From Oculatellaceae cyanobacterium bins.114 (GTDB taxonomy: Bacteria; Cyanobacteriota; Cyanobacteriia; Elainellales; Elainellaceae), in NCBI GenBank assembly GCA_033764315.1, contig JANRJA010000046.1, forward strand, positions 1-32,593: a stretch of 32,593 nt of DNA, given 5' to 3'. This document shows positions 8,849-17,618 of the stretch, one piece after another. A program made the position numbers and the translations under genes. Under the pieces are notes generated by a model that was given only the letters and a program-made list of their open reading frames with translations, was not told the origin of the DNA and did no database searches. The stretch's first letter is position 1. Every line of letters starts with the position of its first letter.

Positions 8849-10438
8849 CTACATGGGTCGATAAGCCCGATAGTTAATATTGGGGAAGATGTTGTCGATC
8901 GCCTCTACTTTTTCGAGCCAACCCGAATCAATTTTGCCTGCGAGAATGTCATCTCGTAGCTTGTTAAACCGCATCAAGTGCGATCGCGTCCGGCGTACCG
9001 CATAAGGCACCATCGTTCCGGTTCGCATGATAAACGCCCAGTCAGAAGATTGTGCTAACAACAGTTCTCGTCCAGCTTGATTCAGTGCTCTCCACTCCAG
9101 TTCATCAACGGGTTCCCGACGAGCTAAATCAATCATTCGCTCAGCCGCTTTATGGAGGTGAGGGTAGATCCAAGAGTTAGTTTCATTCAACCAATATTCA
9201 TGAAAGCCTCGGAAACCCCAGCTAGACTGTGACGGACGGCAAACCTGTTGCGTTGGATGGGCTTGTAAGTAGTCTGCCAGGTGAGTCATGGCATAAGTGC
9301 CTTGGTCATACCAGGATTTACGGAACAAGTAGTCGATGAACCAAGGTCCTTCATACCACCAGTGCCCAAACAGCTCTGCATCATAGGGCGAGACAATAAT
9401 CGGAGGACGCTGCATAATACCATGCAAATGCTCAACTTGCCGCTCTCGATTATAGGTAAAGTTACCGGCATGCTCAGCCGCTTTTTCACGTGCCCAATAG
9501 GGGTCGTACCAAACCTTATCTCCCAGCCCTAAGCCTTTGCCTGTGATTTTGTGATATTTGATGCCCGTATTCTTGCGTTGACCGTTGGGCATGATGTAAG
9601 GCTTGATGTACTCATACTCCGCATCCCATCCCAAATCACGATAAAACTCTCGATATTCAGGTGCACCCGGATAGCCTACTTCAGAAGACCACACCTGCTG
9701 AGACGATTCGTGATCCCGTCCAAAGGCAGCCACCCCAGTTTCCGTAAAAATAGGAGCGTAGGTGCCAAACCGAGGACGAGGGCGAGCATACAGAATGCCA
9801 TGTCCATCGGTGAGGAAATAGCGCAACCCAGCATCCGCCAACATTCGCTCTAGCCCCTCATAATAGGCGCACTCTGGTAGCCAGATGCCTCTGGGGGGCT
9901 GTCCAAAATTCTCTTCATAATGTTGACAGGCGACCTGAATCTGTGCCCACACGGCTTGGGGGTACATTTTCATTAAGGGAAGGTAACCATGCGTCGCCCC
10001 GCAGGTAATAATCTCTAAATTGTTAGTATCCTGAAATTGCTTGAATGCTTTCACTAAGTCGTGGTCATAACGCTCCCAGACTTCGCGTACCTTGTTAAAC
10101 TCAGTGGCATAATATTCTGCAAGATAACGTAAGTGACCATTATGGGCATTGCGCTCAACCTCCATCTCTGTTAGTTCTTCTAACTGGGCAAGGTGAGCGT
10201 CATATCGTTCCTGAAGGAGTGGATCACGCAGCATCGACACGAGAGGGGGTGTCATGCTCATAGTGAGTTTGAAATCAACGCCATCTTGCTTAAGTCCTTC
10301 AAAGACCTGTAGCAAAGGAACGTAGGTTTCCGTGATAGCCTCAAATAGCCACTCTTCTTCTAAAACATAGTCACTTTCGGGGTGTCGAACAAACGGCAGG
10401 TGAGCATGCAGAACCAGAGCGAGATAGCCAATAGCCAT
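8849..10438 (-). CDS. Glycoside hydrolase family 57 (branching-enzyme type, DUF1957 C-terminus)
   Basis: LVLHAHLPFV, EEWLFEAITETY, CGATHGYLPL, GIWLPECAY (nucleophile Glu), PYDAELFGHWWYEG (acid/base Asp), LLAQSSDWAF. Confidence 0.93.
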   Translation of the reverse strand: MAIGYLALVLHAHLPFVRHPESDYVLEEEWLFEAITETYVPLLQVFEGLKQDGVDFKLTMSMTPPLVSMLRDPLLQERYDAHLAQLEELTEMEVERNAHNGHLRYLAEYYATEFNKVREVWERYDHDLVKAFKQFQDTNNLEIITCGATHGYLPLMKMYPQAVWAQIQVACQHYEENFGQPPRGIWLPECAYYEGLERMLADAGLRYFLTDGHGILYARPRPRFGTYAPIFTETGVAAFGRDHESSQQVWSSEVGYPGAPEYREFYRDLGWDAEYEYIKPYIMPNGQRKNTGIKYHKITGKGLGLGDKVWYDPYWAREKAAEHAGNFTYNRERQVEHLHGIMQRPPIIVSPYDAELFGHWWYEGPWFIDYLFRKSWYDQGTYAMTHLADYLQAHPTQQVCRPSQSSWGFRGFHEYWLNETNSWIYPHLHKAAERMIDLARREPVDELEWRALNQAGRELLLAQSSDWAFIMRTGTMVPYAVRRTRSHLMRFNKLRDDILAGKIDSGWLEKVEAIDNIFPNINYRAYRPM

Positions 10439-10493
10439 AAGATAGGTAGCGTTAGAGATGACACGTCAAAGGCAGGATGTGGCGAGCAATTAT

Positions 10494-10538
10494 AAGTTGT
10501 TGCCAAGACAAGCTGTTGCCGAGACAAGCTGTTGCCAA
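10494..10538. repeat. About three 16-bp tandem repeats in a divergent promoter region
   Basis: aagttgttgccaagac / aagctgttgccgagac / aagctgttgccaa. Confidence 0.8.
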
Positions 10539-10655
10539 AATTGTAAAGCAAAAGTTAAGCCAACAACGAGTTAAGAATTACCGTCTTTAATGAATTCAAT
10601 CAATTAATGATTAACGATTGATACACTGATCCCACTCCCTGATTTTAAGTGAGTT

Positions 10656-12437
10656 ATGACACAGTCGAATCTTTTAGAACTGGCAAAACAGGGTGATCCA
10701 ACGGCGATCGCCACCATGATGAATCAACAGCTTCAGCCAAAGGGCATCACAGCTACGACAGATTTGCTGCCTGGGAGGTGCCTGCAAGTCGTTTTGGAAT
10801 CTGCCCAGGCTCTCAATCGACAGGCACTCACAACCTTTGTTGAAAAGGGGTTAAAAAATCTGGGGGTGCGAACTCTGGATTCAGTCAAAATCATTGGTCG
10901 GCAAATCGGCTCCAGTGAGCCCGCCTGGATTCAAGACATTGGCATGGCAGCGGTGTCGCCCATGTCAAACACTGAACCGTTTCCTGAGGCGGTTCCTCCT
11001 CGTGTCGTCACTCCACCACCGCCACCTCCCAATCGAGGAAGCACACCGATCGTCCCTTTAGCCGGCACTGATGCTTTGATAAGCAAGGTTGAACCGAGCA
11101 CCGATGCCGCAGCTCTACACGACTTCCATGACAGCAGATTCCCAAATGCATCCCCTGACAATGGAGACGAGCTGCCTAATTACTCCCCCATTCCGGGTGC
11201 TTATCGCCCTCTAGAGGCTGACAATGCTCTGTTACTCAATGACTCAGATCTTGAGCTAAGAGGCACCCATGCCCTGGATTACCCAGATCATCCCTTAGAA
11301 GAGTCAGATGACTATGACTATGGTGATGACTACGATGTCATGCCGGGCGGATCGCATGCATTACATTATCCTGACGATCCACTGGATGACCCTGAAGATT
11401 ATGGCGACGACTATGATGAAGGATTTGTCGTCAGCCCTAGTTTTAACACAAGTCAGACAGACGACTCTCTAACACTGGATGACTATGACGATAACTATGA
11501 TACGGGAGTTGTAGTTGGCAGCCGAGTAGATGACCGTCAGTTAAACGACCTGTCAGAAGGGGAAGAGCCAGAACAAAGCAGTGCTTATATTCCTCCGACT
11601 TCACGAGACGTGGCTCCCATAGAGGAGGAATATAGCCCAATTCCTTGGACAGCTTTGATTGTGTCACTGGTTGCCACCTGGATTGTTGGCTTGGTCGGGT
11701 ATGCCCTCTGGTCAGGCGCAGCGAACCGAACGGCGCAGCAACCCACTCCTGGTGTTGCTCCTGCTTCTGCTCCTCCAGCGAGTCCTACAGTGCAAGCGAA
11801 TGTGCCTGCATCACCAGGAACACCTGCCAGTCCAGCCGCCAGTCCCCCAGGATCAAGCCCTGCGACTTCACCCAGTCCAGTCGCTTCGGCAAACCCGGCA
11901 CTGCAATTTACCCCGACTCAGGCAAGCCCAACAACTCCTGCTAGTCCATCCCCACAAGCCAGTGCCTCACCAGCCGCTAGCCCATCTGCTCTACCCAGCC
12001 CTACGACTGGAGCGACTTCACAGGCGACTCAAGCCAACCTCAGTGCAGCCCCTGCCCCTCCAGCGATCGCCTGTCGTCCAGTTCCATTTGGGGCAAACTC
12101 AGGCCCCGTCGAGTTGAGCAATTTGGGGTTTGATACATCAATTGCCGATGCTGATGGTCATTATGTGGTCGGTTGTATTACCAATCACAGTGATCAGGCG
12201 ATCGCCAAACTAACGATCTCGTTTCAGGGGCGATCGACTCAAAATCAAGCCGTGTCTCAAACAGGTTCAACCGATTTGACCTTTGCTAATTTGCGACCCC
12301 GTCAGGCCGTTCCCTTTAGAAGCCTGTATACGGTCAACCCAGAGATCAACGCCATGACCATCACCTCTATTTCTTGGATATCAGCTGGCTCAGCCCAACC
12401 CCGACAAGTCCAGGTCAACTTTCCGCTCAGACGCTAA
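10656..12437 (+). CDS. Bitopic membrane protein: N-terminal cyanobacterial domain, acidic Tyr-rich region, single TM, Pro/Ser/Ala linker, C-terminal FxLYD/DUF3426-like beta domain
   Basis: LLELAKQGDPTAIA...LQPKGI; D/Y-rich middle; TM IPWTALIVSLVATWIVGLVGYALW; C-terminal YVVGCITNHSDQ...ANLRPRQAVPF. Confidence 0.75.
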   Translation: MTQSNLLELAKQGDPTAIATMMNQQLQPKGITATTDLLPGRCLQVVLESAQALNRQALTTFVEKGLKNLGVRTLDSVKIIGRQIGSSEPAWIQDIGMAAVSPMSNTEPFPEAVPPRVVTPPPPPPNRGSTPIVPLAGTDALISKVEPSTDAAALHDFHDSRFPNASPDNGDELPNYSPIPGAYRPLEADNALLLNDSDLELRGTHALDYPDHPLEESDDYDYGDDYDVMPGGSHALHYPDDPLDDPEDYGDDYDEGFVVSPSFNTSQTDDSLTLDDYDDNYDTGVVVGSRVDDRQLNDLSEGEEPEQSSAYIPPTSRDVAPIEEEYSPIPWTALIVSLVATWIVGLVGYALWSGAANRTAQQPTPGVAPASAPPASPTVQANVPASPGTPASPAASPPGSSPATSPSPVASANPALQFTPTQASPTTPASPSPQASASPAASPSALPSPTTGATSQATQANLSAAPAPPAIACRPVPFGANSGPVELSNLGFDTSIADADGHYVVGCITNHSDQAIAKLTISFQGRSTQNQAVSQTGSTDLTFANLRPRQAVPFRSLYTVNPEINAMTITSISWISAGSAQPRQVQVNFPLRR

Positions 12438-12441
12438 AGCC

Positions 12442-12476
12442 TGGATTGCTGCATAGCTCAGCCATACAGCAATCCA
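12442..12476 (-). terminator. Stem-loop between convergent genes
   Basis: tggattgctg...cagcaatcca arms. On the minus strand the inner part also pairs through G-U pairs. Confidence 0.55.
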
Positions 12477-12486
12477 CATCAAAAAC

Positions 12487-13308
12487 TTAATAGAGCGTTG
12501 ACATTAAGCGGCGACGATAGGTTTTCGTTAGCGGATGCTCATCTCCTAACAGGTCAAACAGTGTCAGCATGGCTTTGCGAGCACCATCACTGCGATATTT
12601 GCGATCGCGCCCCACGATCTCCAAAAAGCCTTGGAACGCGCTTTCATAATCCTCTGCTAACACTGAACGAGCAGCTTGCAAATACACCTCGTCTAACTCA
12701 TGTTCGATCACAGGATGTTCACACTCTCGCTGAAACTGAATCAGCGATCGCATGGCCTGGGCTTGAGTAAAGTATCCTTTTTCGTAGTCTTGAACAGAAC
12801 CCAATAGCTTTTCGGCAGAGTCAAGTCGATTTTGGCGAATCAAAAATTTCGCCGCTTCGAGTAACAGTGGACGATTATCAGGATATTGAGCAATCAATTC
12901 ACCAAAGAGACGCTTGACCCCCTCAATATCGCCAGCCGTTTTAGCCACTTGAATTGCTTCTAACCCCACCTCTAAGCCCGATTTAAGATTCAGTTTAGAT
13001 AAAAACTCGCGCAATTGCGGCTCTGGCAAAACACCGACAAAGCCCTCCTGGATCTCGCCTTGAGTGACAACGCGCACATCAGGCACCCCTTCCACCCCAT
13101 ATGTATTAGCCAAATCGGGGTTGCGATCGATGTCTACCTTTGCCAACACAAAATCGTACTCTTGAGCCAGCTTTTCGAGCATCGGCTTAAGCATCTTGCA
13201 GGGGCCACACCAGGTTGCAAAGAAATCAACCAATACTGGCTTTTCATAGGATTTCTCTAGAACCTCTGTCGCAAAGGTATTGGCATCTACCTCAATCGCT
13301 ATCTCCAT
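12487..13308 (-). CDS. ybbN: Thioredoxin-TPR chaperedoxin (YbbN/CnoX family)
   Basis: PVLVDFFATWCGPCKML thioredoxin domain, followed by a helical TPR region ending DGARKAMLTLFDLLG...YRRRLMSTLY. Confidence 0.88.
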   Translation of the reverse strand: MEIAIEVDANTFATEVLEKSYEKPVLVDFFATWCGPCKMLKPMLEKLAQEYDFVLAKVDIDRNPDLANTYGVEGVPDVRVVTQGEIQEGFVGVLPEPQLREFLSKLNLKSGLEVGLEAIQVAKTAGDIEGVKRLFGELIAQYPDNRPLLLEAAKFLIRQNRLDSAEKLLGSVQDYEKGYFTQAQAMRSLIQFQRECEHPVIEHELDEVYLQAARSVLAEDYESAFQGFLEIVGRDRKYRSDGARKAMLTLFDLLGDEHPLTKTYRRRLMSTLY

Positions 13309-13357
13309 ATCACACTCTCCTTGCCAAAATCAGCACCATCTTTAACAGTCGGGGGTG

Positions 13358-14266
13358 CTATCGCAGAGCAAACCGACGAACCGCAAATAAACTACCCATT
13401 AAACCCACTGAACCGCCTAAACCCAGCAACACCAAGGGCAACAACAGCACTTTATCAGCACTCAACTTCAACCCGTCAGCTAAAAACCGGATGAAATCTG
13501 CCTGTTCTGATAGCAAACTTCCTATAAATTCTTGAGTTCCGGTGATCATGCCCCAGGCTAACAAAGCCCCAACAACCCCAAAAGTGAGTCCCTGCAAAAT
13601 AAAGGGCATGTAGATCCAGGTGGTGGTCGCCCCTACCAATTGCATCACCTCAATTTCTCGGCGACGTGCCATAACAATGAGCCGAATCGTGGTTGTAATG
13701 ACAGCGATCGCCGTTAAAGTCAGCACCGTTGTAATGCCAAAACTAACCCAATTTAAACCTTGATTGAGTTGGGCAATGCGTTGCACTGCCTCCGCCACAT
13801 ATTGCACATCATCAATACCCTGCATCTGTTTCAGTTTTTCTGCCAGAGCAGGAACTTGATCGGGCGAACTCGCTCTCACCTTTAACTCATCCACCAGAGG
13901 ATTGCCATTGAGCTGCTGAGTTGCACCCCGAATATCAGAAATCCCCATGTCTTTGACGAGGTTTTCCCAGGCTTCCTCTTTTGACACCACCGTTACGGCT
14001 GTCACTTCTGGAATCACAGCCACCGAGGGTTTGAGAACATCCCCTTGCACCCCGCTTTCGAGATAAACCGATACTTCGAGTTGGCTGCCAAACTGGTTGA
14101 GCAAGCCTTCAAACTGCCAGGAGGCTTGTAAGCTAATGCCAAACAAAAACAGCAGCACAGTCACAGTACTAACGGCTGCCCAATTCATCCAACCTCCCCG
14201 CTTTAGCCCTAGCAGGGTTTCACGTAACAAGTAATCTGATTTTGTGAGAAGTTGCAGCACGCTCAT
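13358..14266 (-). CDS. ftsX: Cell-division ABC permease FtsX
   Basis: Four TM segments, large periplasmic loop, TTIRLIVMARRREIEVMQLVGAT...PFILQG signature. Confidence 0.9.
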   Translation of the reverse strand: MSVLQLLTKSDYLLRETLLGLKRGGWMNWAAVSTVTVLLFLFGISLQASWQFEGLLNQFGSQLEVSVYLESGVQGDVLKPSVAVIPEVTAVTVVSKEEAWENLVKDMGISDIRGATQQLNGNPLVDELKVRASSPDQVPALAEKLKQMQGIDDVQYVAEAVQRIAQLNQGLNWVSFGITTVLTLTAIAVITTTIRLIVMARRREIEVMQLVGATTTWIYMPFILQGLTFGVVGALLAWGMITGTQEFIGSLLSEQADFIRFLADGLKLSADKVLLLPLVLLGLGGSVGLMGSLFAVRRFALR

Positions 14267-14514
14267 ATCCCAACCGTTACCCAGTTGAACATCTTTAATG
14301 ATTTGTCAGTTTACCCTTGCTAGGGCAAACGTCAACCGTAATTCTGGATCACAATCGAAAGCCGATTCGGATACGATTCTTTAAGATGAGGATTAAGATA
14401 GAAGAAGACCAAAGAATTGCGTCCTTGCCGACTCCGTTCATTGAATCTGTCTGCTTCGTCTGTTAGCACCCCTCGTTCATCCATTCTATTTAGCCTATTA
14501 AAAGGCGTGAGTTC

Positions 14515-15081
14515 ATGACTGCTCAAATCCTAGTTGAGAAAAAGAAATTAGCCAATCCACCCTTAAAGCTCCACTACCTCGGCGATCGCGTTTTGCGGCA
14601 ACCGGCCAAGCGCATCACGAAAGTAGACGATGAGATTCGCGAGTTAGCACGGCAGATGTTGCAAACCATGTATAGCGAAGATGGAATTGGTTTAGCAGCA
14701 CCTCAAGTGGGGGTCAACAAGCAGTTGTTGGTGGTTGACTGTGAATTAGACAACCCAGCCGCTCCTCCCTACATTTTGATCAACCCTGCCGTTACCAAAA
14801 AGAGTGCTGACACGTGTGTGATTCAAGAAGGGTGTCTCAGCATCCCCGGCGTGTTTATTGATGTGACCCGCCCTGAAGTGATTGAAGTGTCCTACAAAGA
14901 TGAAAACGGGCGACCTCAAAAGCTAGTCGCAGAGGGTTTGTTGGCTCGTGTGATTCAACATGAGATTGATCACCTCAATGGAGTCATGTTTGTAGATCGA
15001 GTTGATAATACTTTAGTTCTCAACCAAGAGTTGACAAAGTATGGGTTTTCAGTTGAAGCTGTAAAGCCGATTGACGCATAA
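14515..15081 (+). CDS. def: Peptide deformylase
   Basis: GIGLAAPQVG, EGCLS, QHEIDHLNG motifs. Confidence 0.96.
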   Translation: MTAQILVEKKKLANPPLKLHYLGDRVLRQPAKRITKVDDEIRELARQMLQTMYSEDGIGLAAPQVGVNKQLLVVDCELDNPAAPPYILINPAVTKKSADTCVIQEGCLSIPGVFIDVTRPEVIEVSYKDENGRPQKLVAEGLLARVIQHEIDHLNGVMFVDRVDNTLVLNQELTKYGFSVEAVKPIDA

Positions 15082-15117
15082 GTGCTGTATAGCGTTTAAC
15101 CCATTCAACAAACTCAA

Positions 15118-15312
15118 ATGTACGTAACTCCAAAAAGCGGTGTGTTCTTAGCAGCCTCGTGTGTGTCGGCGATCGCGGCTGTCGGCTCAATTTTTGAACT
15201 TTCGTCTGGCACACCCCAACTTGGGGCCGGGGTAACAGGGGTGATTTTGGCGATCGCTGTGCCTCTGACTGGCATTTTGTTCTATGCGGCAGTGCGTTCG
15301 GCCAAACCATAA
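15118..15312 (+). CDS. Small two-TM conserved hypothetical protein (64 aa)
   Basis: Two hydrophobic helices around AIAAVGSIFELSSGTPQLG; starts 36 bp after def. Confidence 0.7.
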   Translation: MYVTPKSGVFLAASCVSAIAAVGSIFELSSGTPQLGAGVTGVILAIAVPLTGILFYAAVRSAKP

Positions 15313-15450
15313 AGGTCAATGCTGGGTTTCTGTCATGGGATGTGCAACTTAGAGGGTTAGATCCAGGGTCTCTTTTGCTTTCTTCGTTTTTCCTTCTTCC
15401 TCTATAGTTGAGGGTAGAAAAATTTCTACCCAATTGAGGCATTCCAAACG

Positions 15451-16833
15451 ATGACCGAACCTGTTGCTGAAACTCCTGTTCTCAGGCAACTGCCCTCGGT
15501 GAATGCAGCCAGTTCAGCAGATGTGACCTATCCCATCACAGAGGAGATGACCATCGGGCGTGATCCCCGCTGTCAAATCGTGCTGGACTCAATGGTTTAT
15601 GGTGGCGTTTCGCGTCAACACGCCCAAGTCAGTCTCGTCACCGGAAGTTCTAACACCTGGCAACTCTGTGATCTCAGTAGTGCTAACGGCACCTTTTTAA
15701 ACGGTCAGCGATTACAGGGATGTCAAGTCCTATATCCGGGCGATCGCATTGCGTTGGGGCAAAATGGCCCCGAATTTATCTTTGAACAACAAGCTGTGTC
15801 ACGGTCAACGAGTGTTGAGAATGCATCACCAGACCCAGTCCTCCCCTCAGTAGCAGCATTTGCAGCCACCCGCCGCCCCGGAGAACCGTTTCCTAACAGC
15901 GTTCCCAATGATGTCACGTTAAGCCAACTGTTTCCCATCGTCTCAACTGGGCGAGAGCTGACCCAAAAAGCCTATCTGGTTCCGGCGATTTTAACGATCG
16001 CATTTGTGATCTTGATGTTTATCGCCGTTGGCACCCCCGTCTTCTTTAACTTGTTACTAGCCGCCTATATTGCGGGTGCAGCCTACTATTTTGTGTATCA
16101 GCTCTGTGGCAAACGCAAACCGTGGTGGTTGTTAGTCTCGGTTGGCATTATGACCATGCTGTTATTGGTCAGCCCGGTGCTAGAGCTGTTTATTGTTGTA
16201 TTTCGCGGCATCTTACCCGGAGCCATTCCAGAGGGTGAACCCTCCGGTAATTTCTTTAATCTGTTGGTAGGCATGTTTTTTGGCGCAGGACTGATGGAGG
16301 AGTTGCTCAAAGCCCTCCCCGTCTTGCTGGTCTATTTTATTGGCACTCAACTGCGATCGCCTCTCAGGGAACGGATCGGAGTCTGGGAGCCATTGGATGG
16401 AATCTTATTGGGGACGGCTTCAGCAGTGGGTTTCACCTTGCTAGAGACGTTAGGACAATATGTACCCGCGATCATCAACGATGTCACCCTCCAGGCCGGA
16501 GAAGGAACTGGAGAACTAGTCGGGTTGCAACTGCTGATCCCTCGCGTTCTCGGCTCGATCGCCGGACACATGGCATACAGCGGCTATCTAGGCTATTTCA
16601 TCGGACTCAGTGTCCTTAAGCCTTCTAAACGGTGGCAAATTTTAGGGGTGGGTTATCTCACAGCGGCGGGGCTTCACGCTCTGTGGAATGCGACTGGCAG
16701 TATCAGTTTTTTGATCCTGGCAGTCGTTGGTATTTTGTCCTATGCATTTCTGGCGGCAGCAATTCTCAAGGCAAGAGCACTCTCACCCACGCGATCGCAA
16801 AATTTTGCAACTCGGTTCTCAAGATTGCCTTAA
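15451..16833 (+). CDS. FHA domain + PrsW-family intramembrane glutamic/metalloprotease
   Basis: FHA: TIGRDP...VSRQHA...DLSSANGTFLNG. PrsW motifs: EELLK, GFTLLE, GHMAYSG, LHALWN. About 8-9 TM segments. Confidence 0.9.
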   Translation: MTEPVAETPVLRQLPSVNAASSADVTYPITEEMTIGRDPRCQIVLDSMVYGGVSRQHAQVSLVTGSSNTWQLCDLSSANGTFLNGQRLQGCQVLYPGDRIALGQNGPEFIFEQQAVSRSTSVENASPDPVLPSVAAFAATRRPGEPFPNSVPNDVTLSQLFPIVSTGRELTQKAYLVPAILTIAFVILMFIAVGTPVFFNLLLAAYIAGAAYYFVYQLCGKRKPWWLLVSVGIMTMLLLVSPVLELFIVVFRGILPGAIPEGEPSGNFFNLLVGMFFGAGLMEELLKALPVLLVYFIGTQLRSPLRERIGVWEPLDGILLGTASAVGFTLLETLGQYVPAIINDVTLQAGEGTGELVGLQLLIPRVLGSIAGHMAYSGYLGYFIGLSVLKPSKRWQILGVGYLTAAGLHALWNATGSISFLILAVVGILSYAFLAAAILKARALSPTRSQNFATRFSRLP

Positions 16834-16842
16834 ACGGCTCAA

Positions 16843-17457
16843 TTAGGATTGGTCGGTTGAGAGTTGAGCAATCGCGTAACGGGCGATCGCTAAACTCAGT
16901 CTCGCTTGCTCAATACTAGATAGCTCATCCCACGGTGTATGGCGTAACGAGTTGAGCGTTGTCTCAAGCGTCTCAGTGTCGGCTCCTCGCATAGCATAGG
17001 CAAAGGGACGGGCCAACACCTGCAAATCATCTTCTCCCCAACTGGGTAGCAGGTCTTGAACGCACATCACCAGCTTATCGGCTAACGAACTATTAACGGC
17101 TACGACCTGGTGTGCATGCTGCACAATGTCTTCTAAAAACTGTTGAGGGATCTGGGCGGCACATCGTTCAAACAGTTGATTCATCAATGAACGCATTGTC
17201 GTCTGTTCAACAGGTGCAATGGCAGACCATATCTGATCGACATGAGCGGCCAACGCCTTACCTTGAACCGCGATTTCTTCAGCCATCCAACCGGTTGCAA
17301 TCACTTCTTGCTCTAGATCAGCAAAGTAGGCATCTGTGCCCAACTCCGCTGGATTCCAAGGATAGGGTGTATCAGCGTGCAAAATTAATTGCAACAGTTC
17401 TAACTCAGCCTGTGCTTGGAAGGGTAAGAAGGATGGACGGGTCGAATCGCTGGTCAT
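16843..17457 (-). CDS. Hypothetical helical protein, PatU3-like
   Basis: 204-aa ORF directly downstream of the CHAT-FHA gene. Segments PYPWN, IPQQFLEDIVQHAHQVVAVNSSLADKLVMCVQDLLP and WDELSSIEQARLSLAIARYAIAQL resemble the core of PatU3 as recalled from memory. Confidence 0.7.
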   Translation of the reverse strand: MTSDSTRPSFLPFQAQAELELLQLILHADTPYPWNPAELGTDAYFADLEQEVIATGWMAEEIAVQGKALAAHVDQIWSAIAPVEQTTMRSLMNQLFERCAAQIPQQFLEDIVQHAHQVVAVNSSLADKLVMCVQDLLPSWGEDDLQVLARPFAYAMRGADTETLETTLNSLRHTPWDELSSIEQARLSLAIARYAIAQLSTDQS

Positions 17458-17618
17458 AGGGTTACTCCTGAATCATTGCTGGTCCTGATGGACACCGATA
17501 GCTACACCTGAGGGTTTGGTCGTTCCGTAAGGTTTTTTGTAATTTCAGTCAATTGGCGGAGAACGTCAATAAGGGGCAAATAGTGGGTCTGTCTTCGGAT
17601 AGAAACCAAGACACATTT

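Noticed and set aside
10494-10538. CRISPR-like array
   Set aside because: Units are contiguous 16-mers without spacers, and no cas genes are present.
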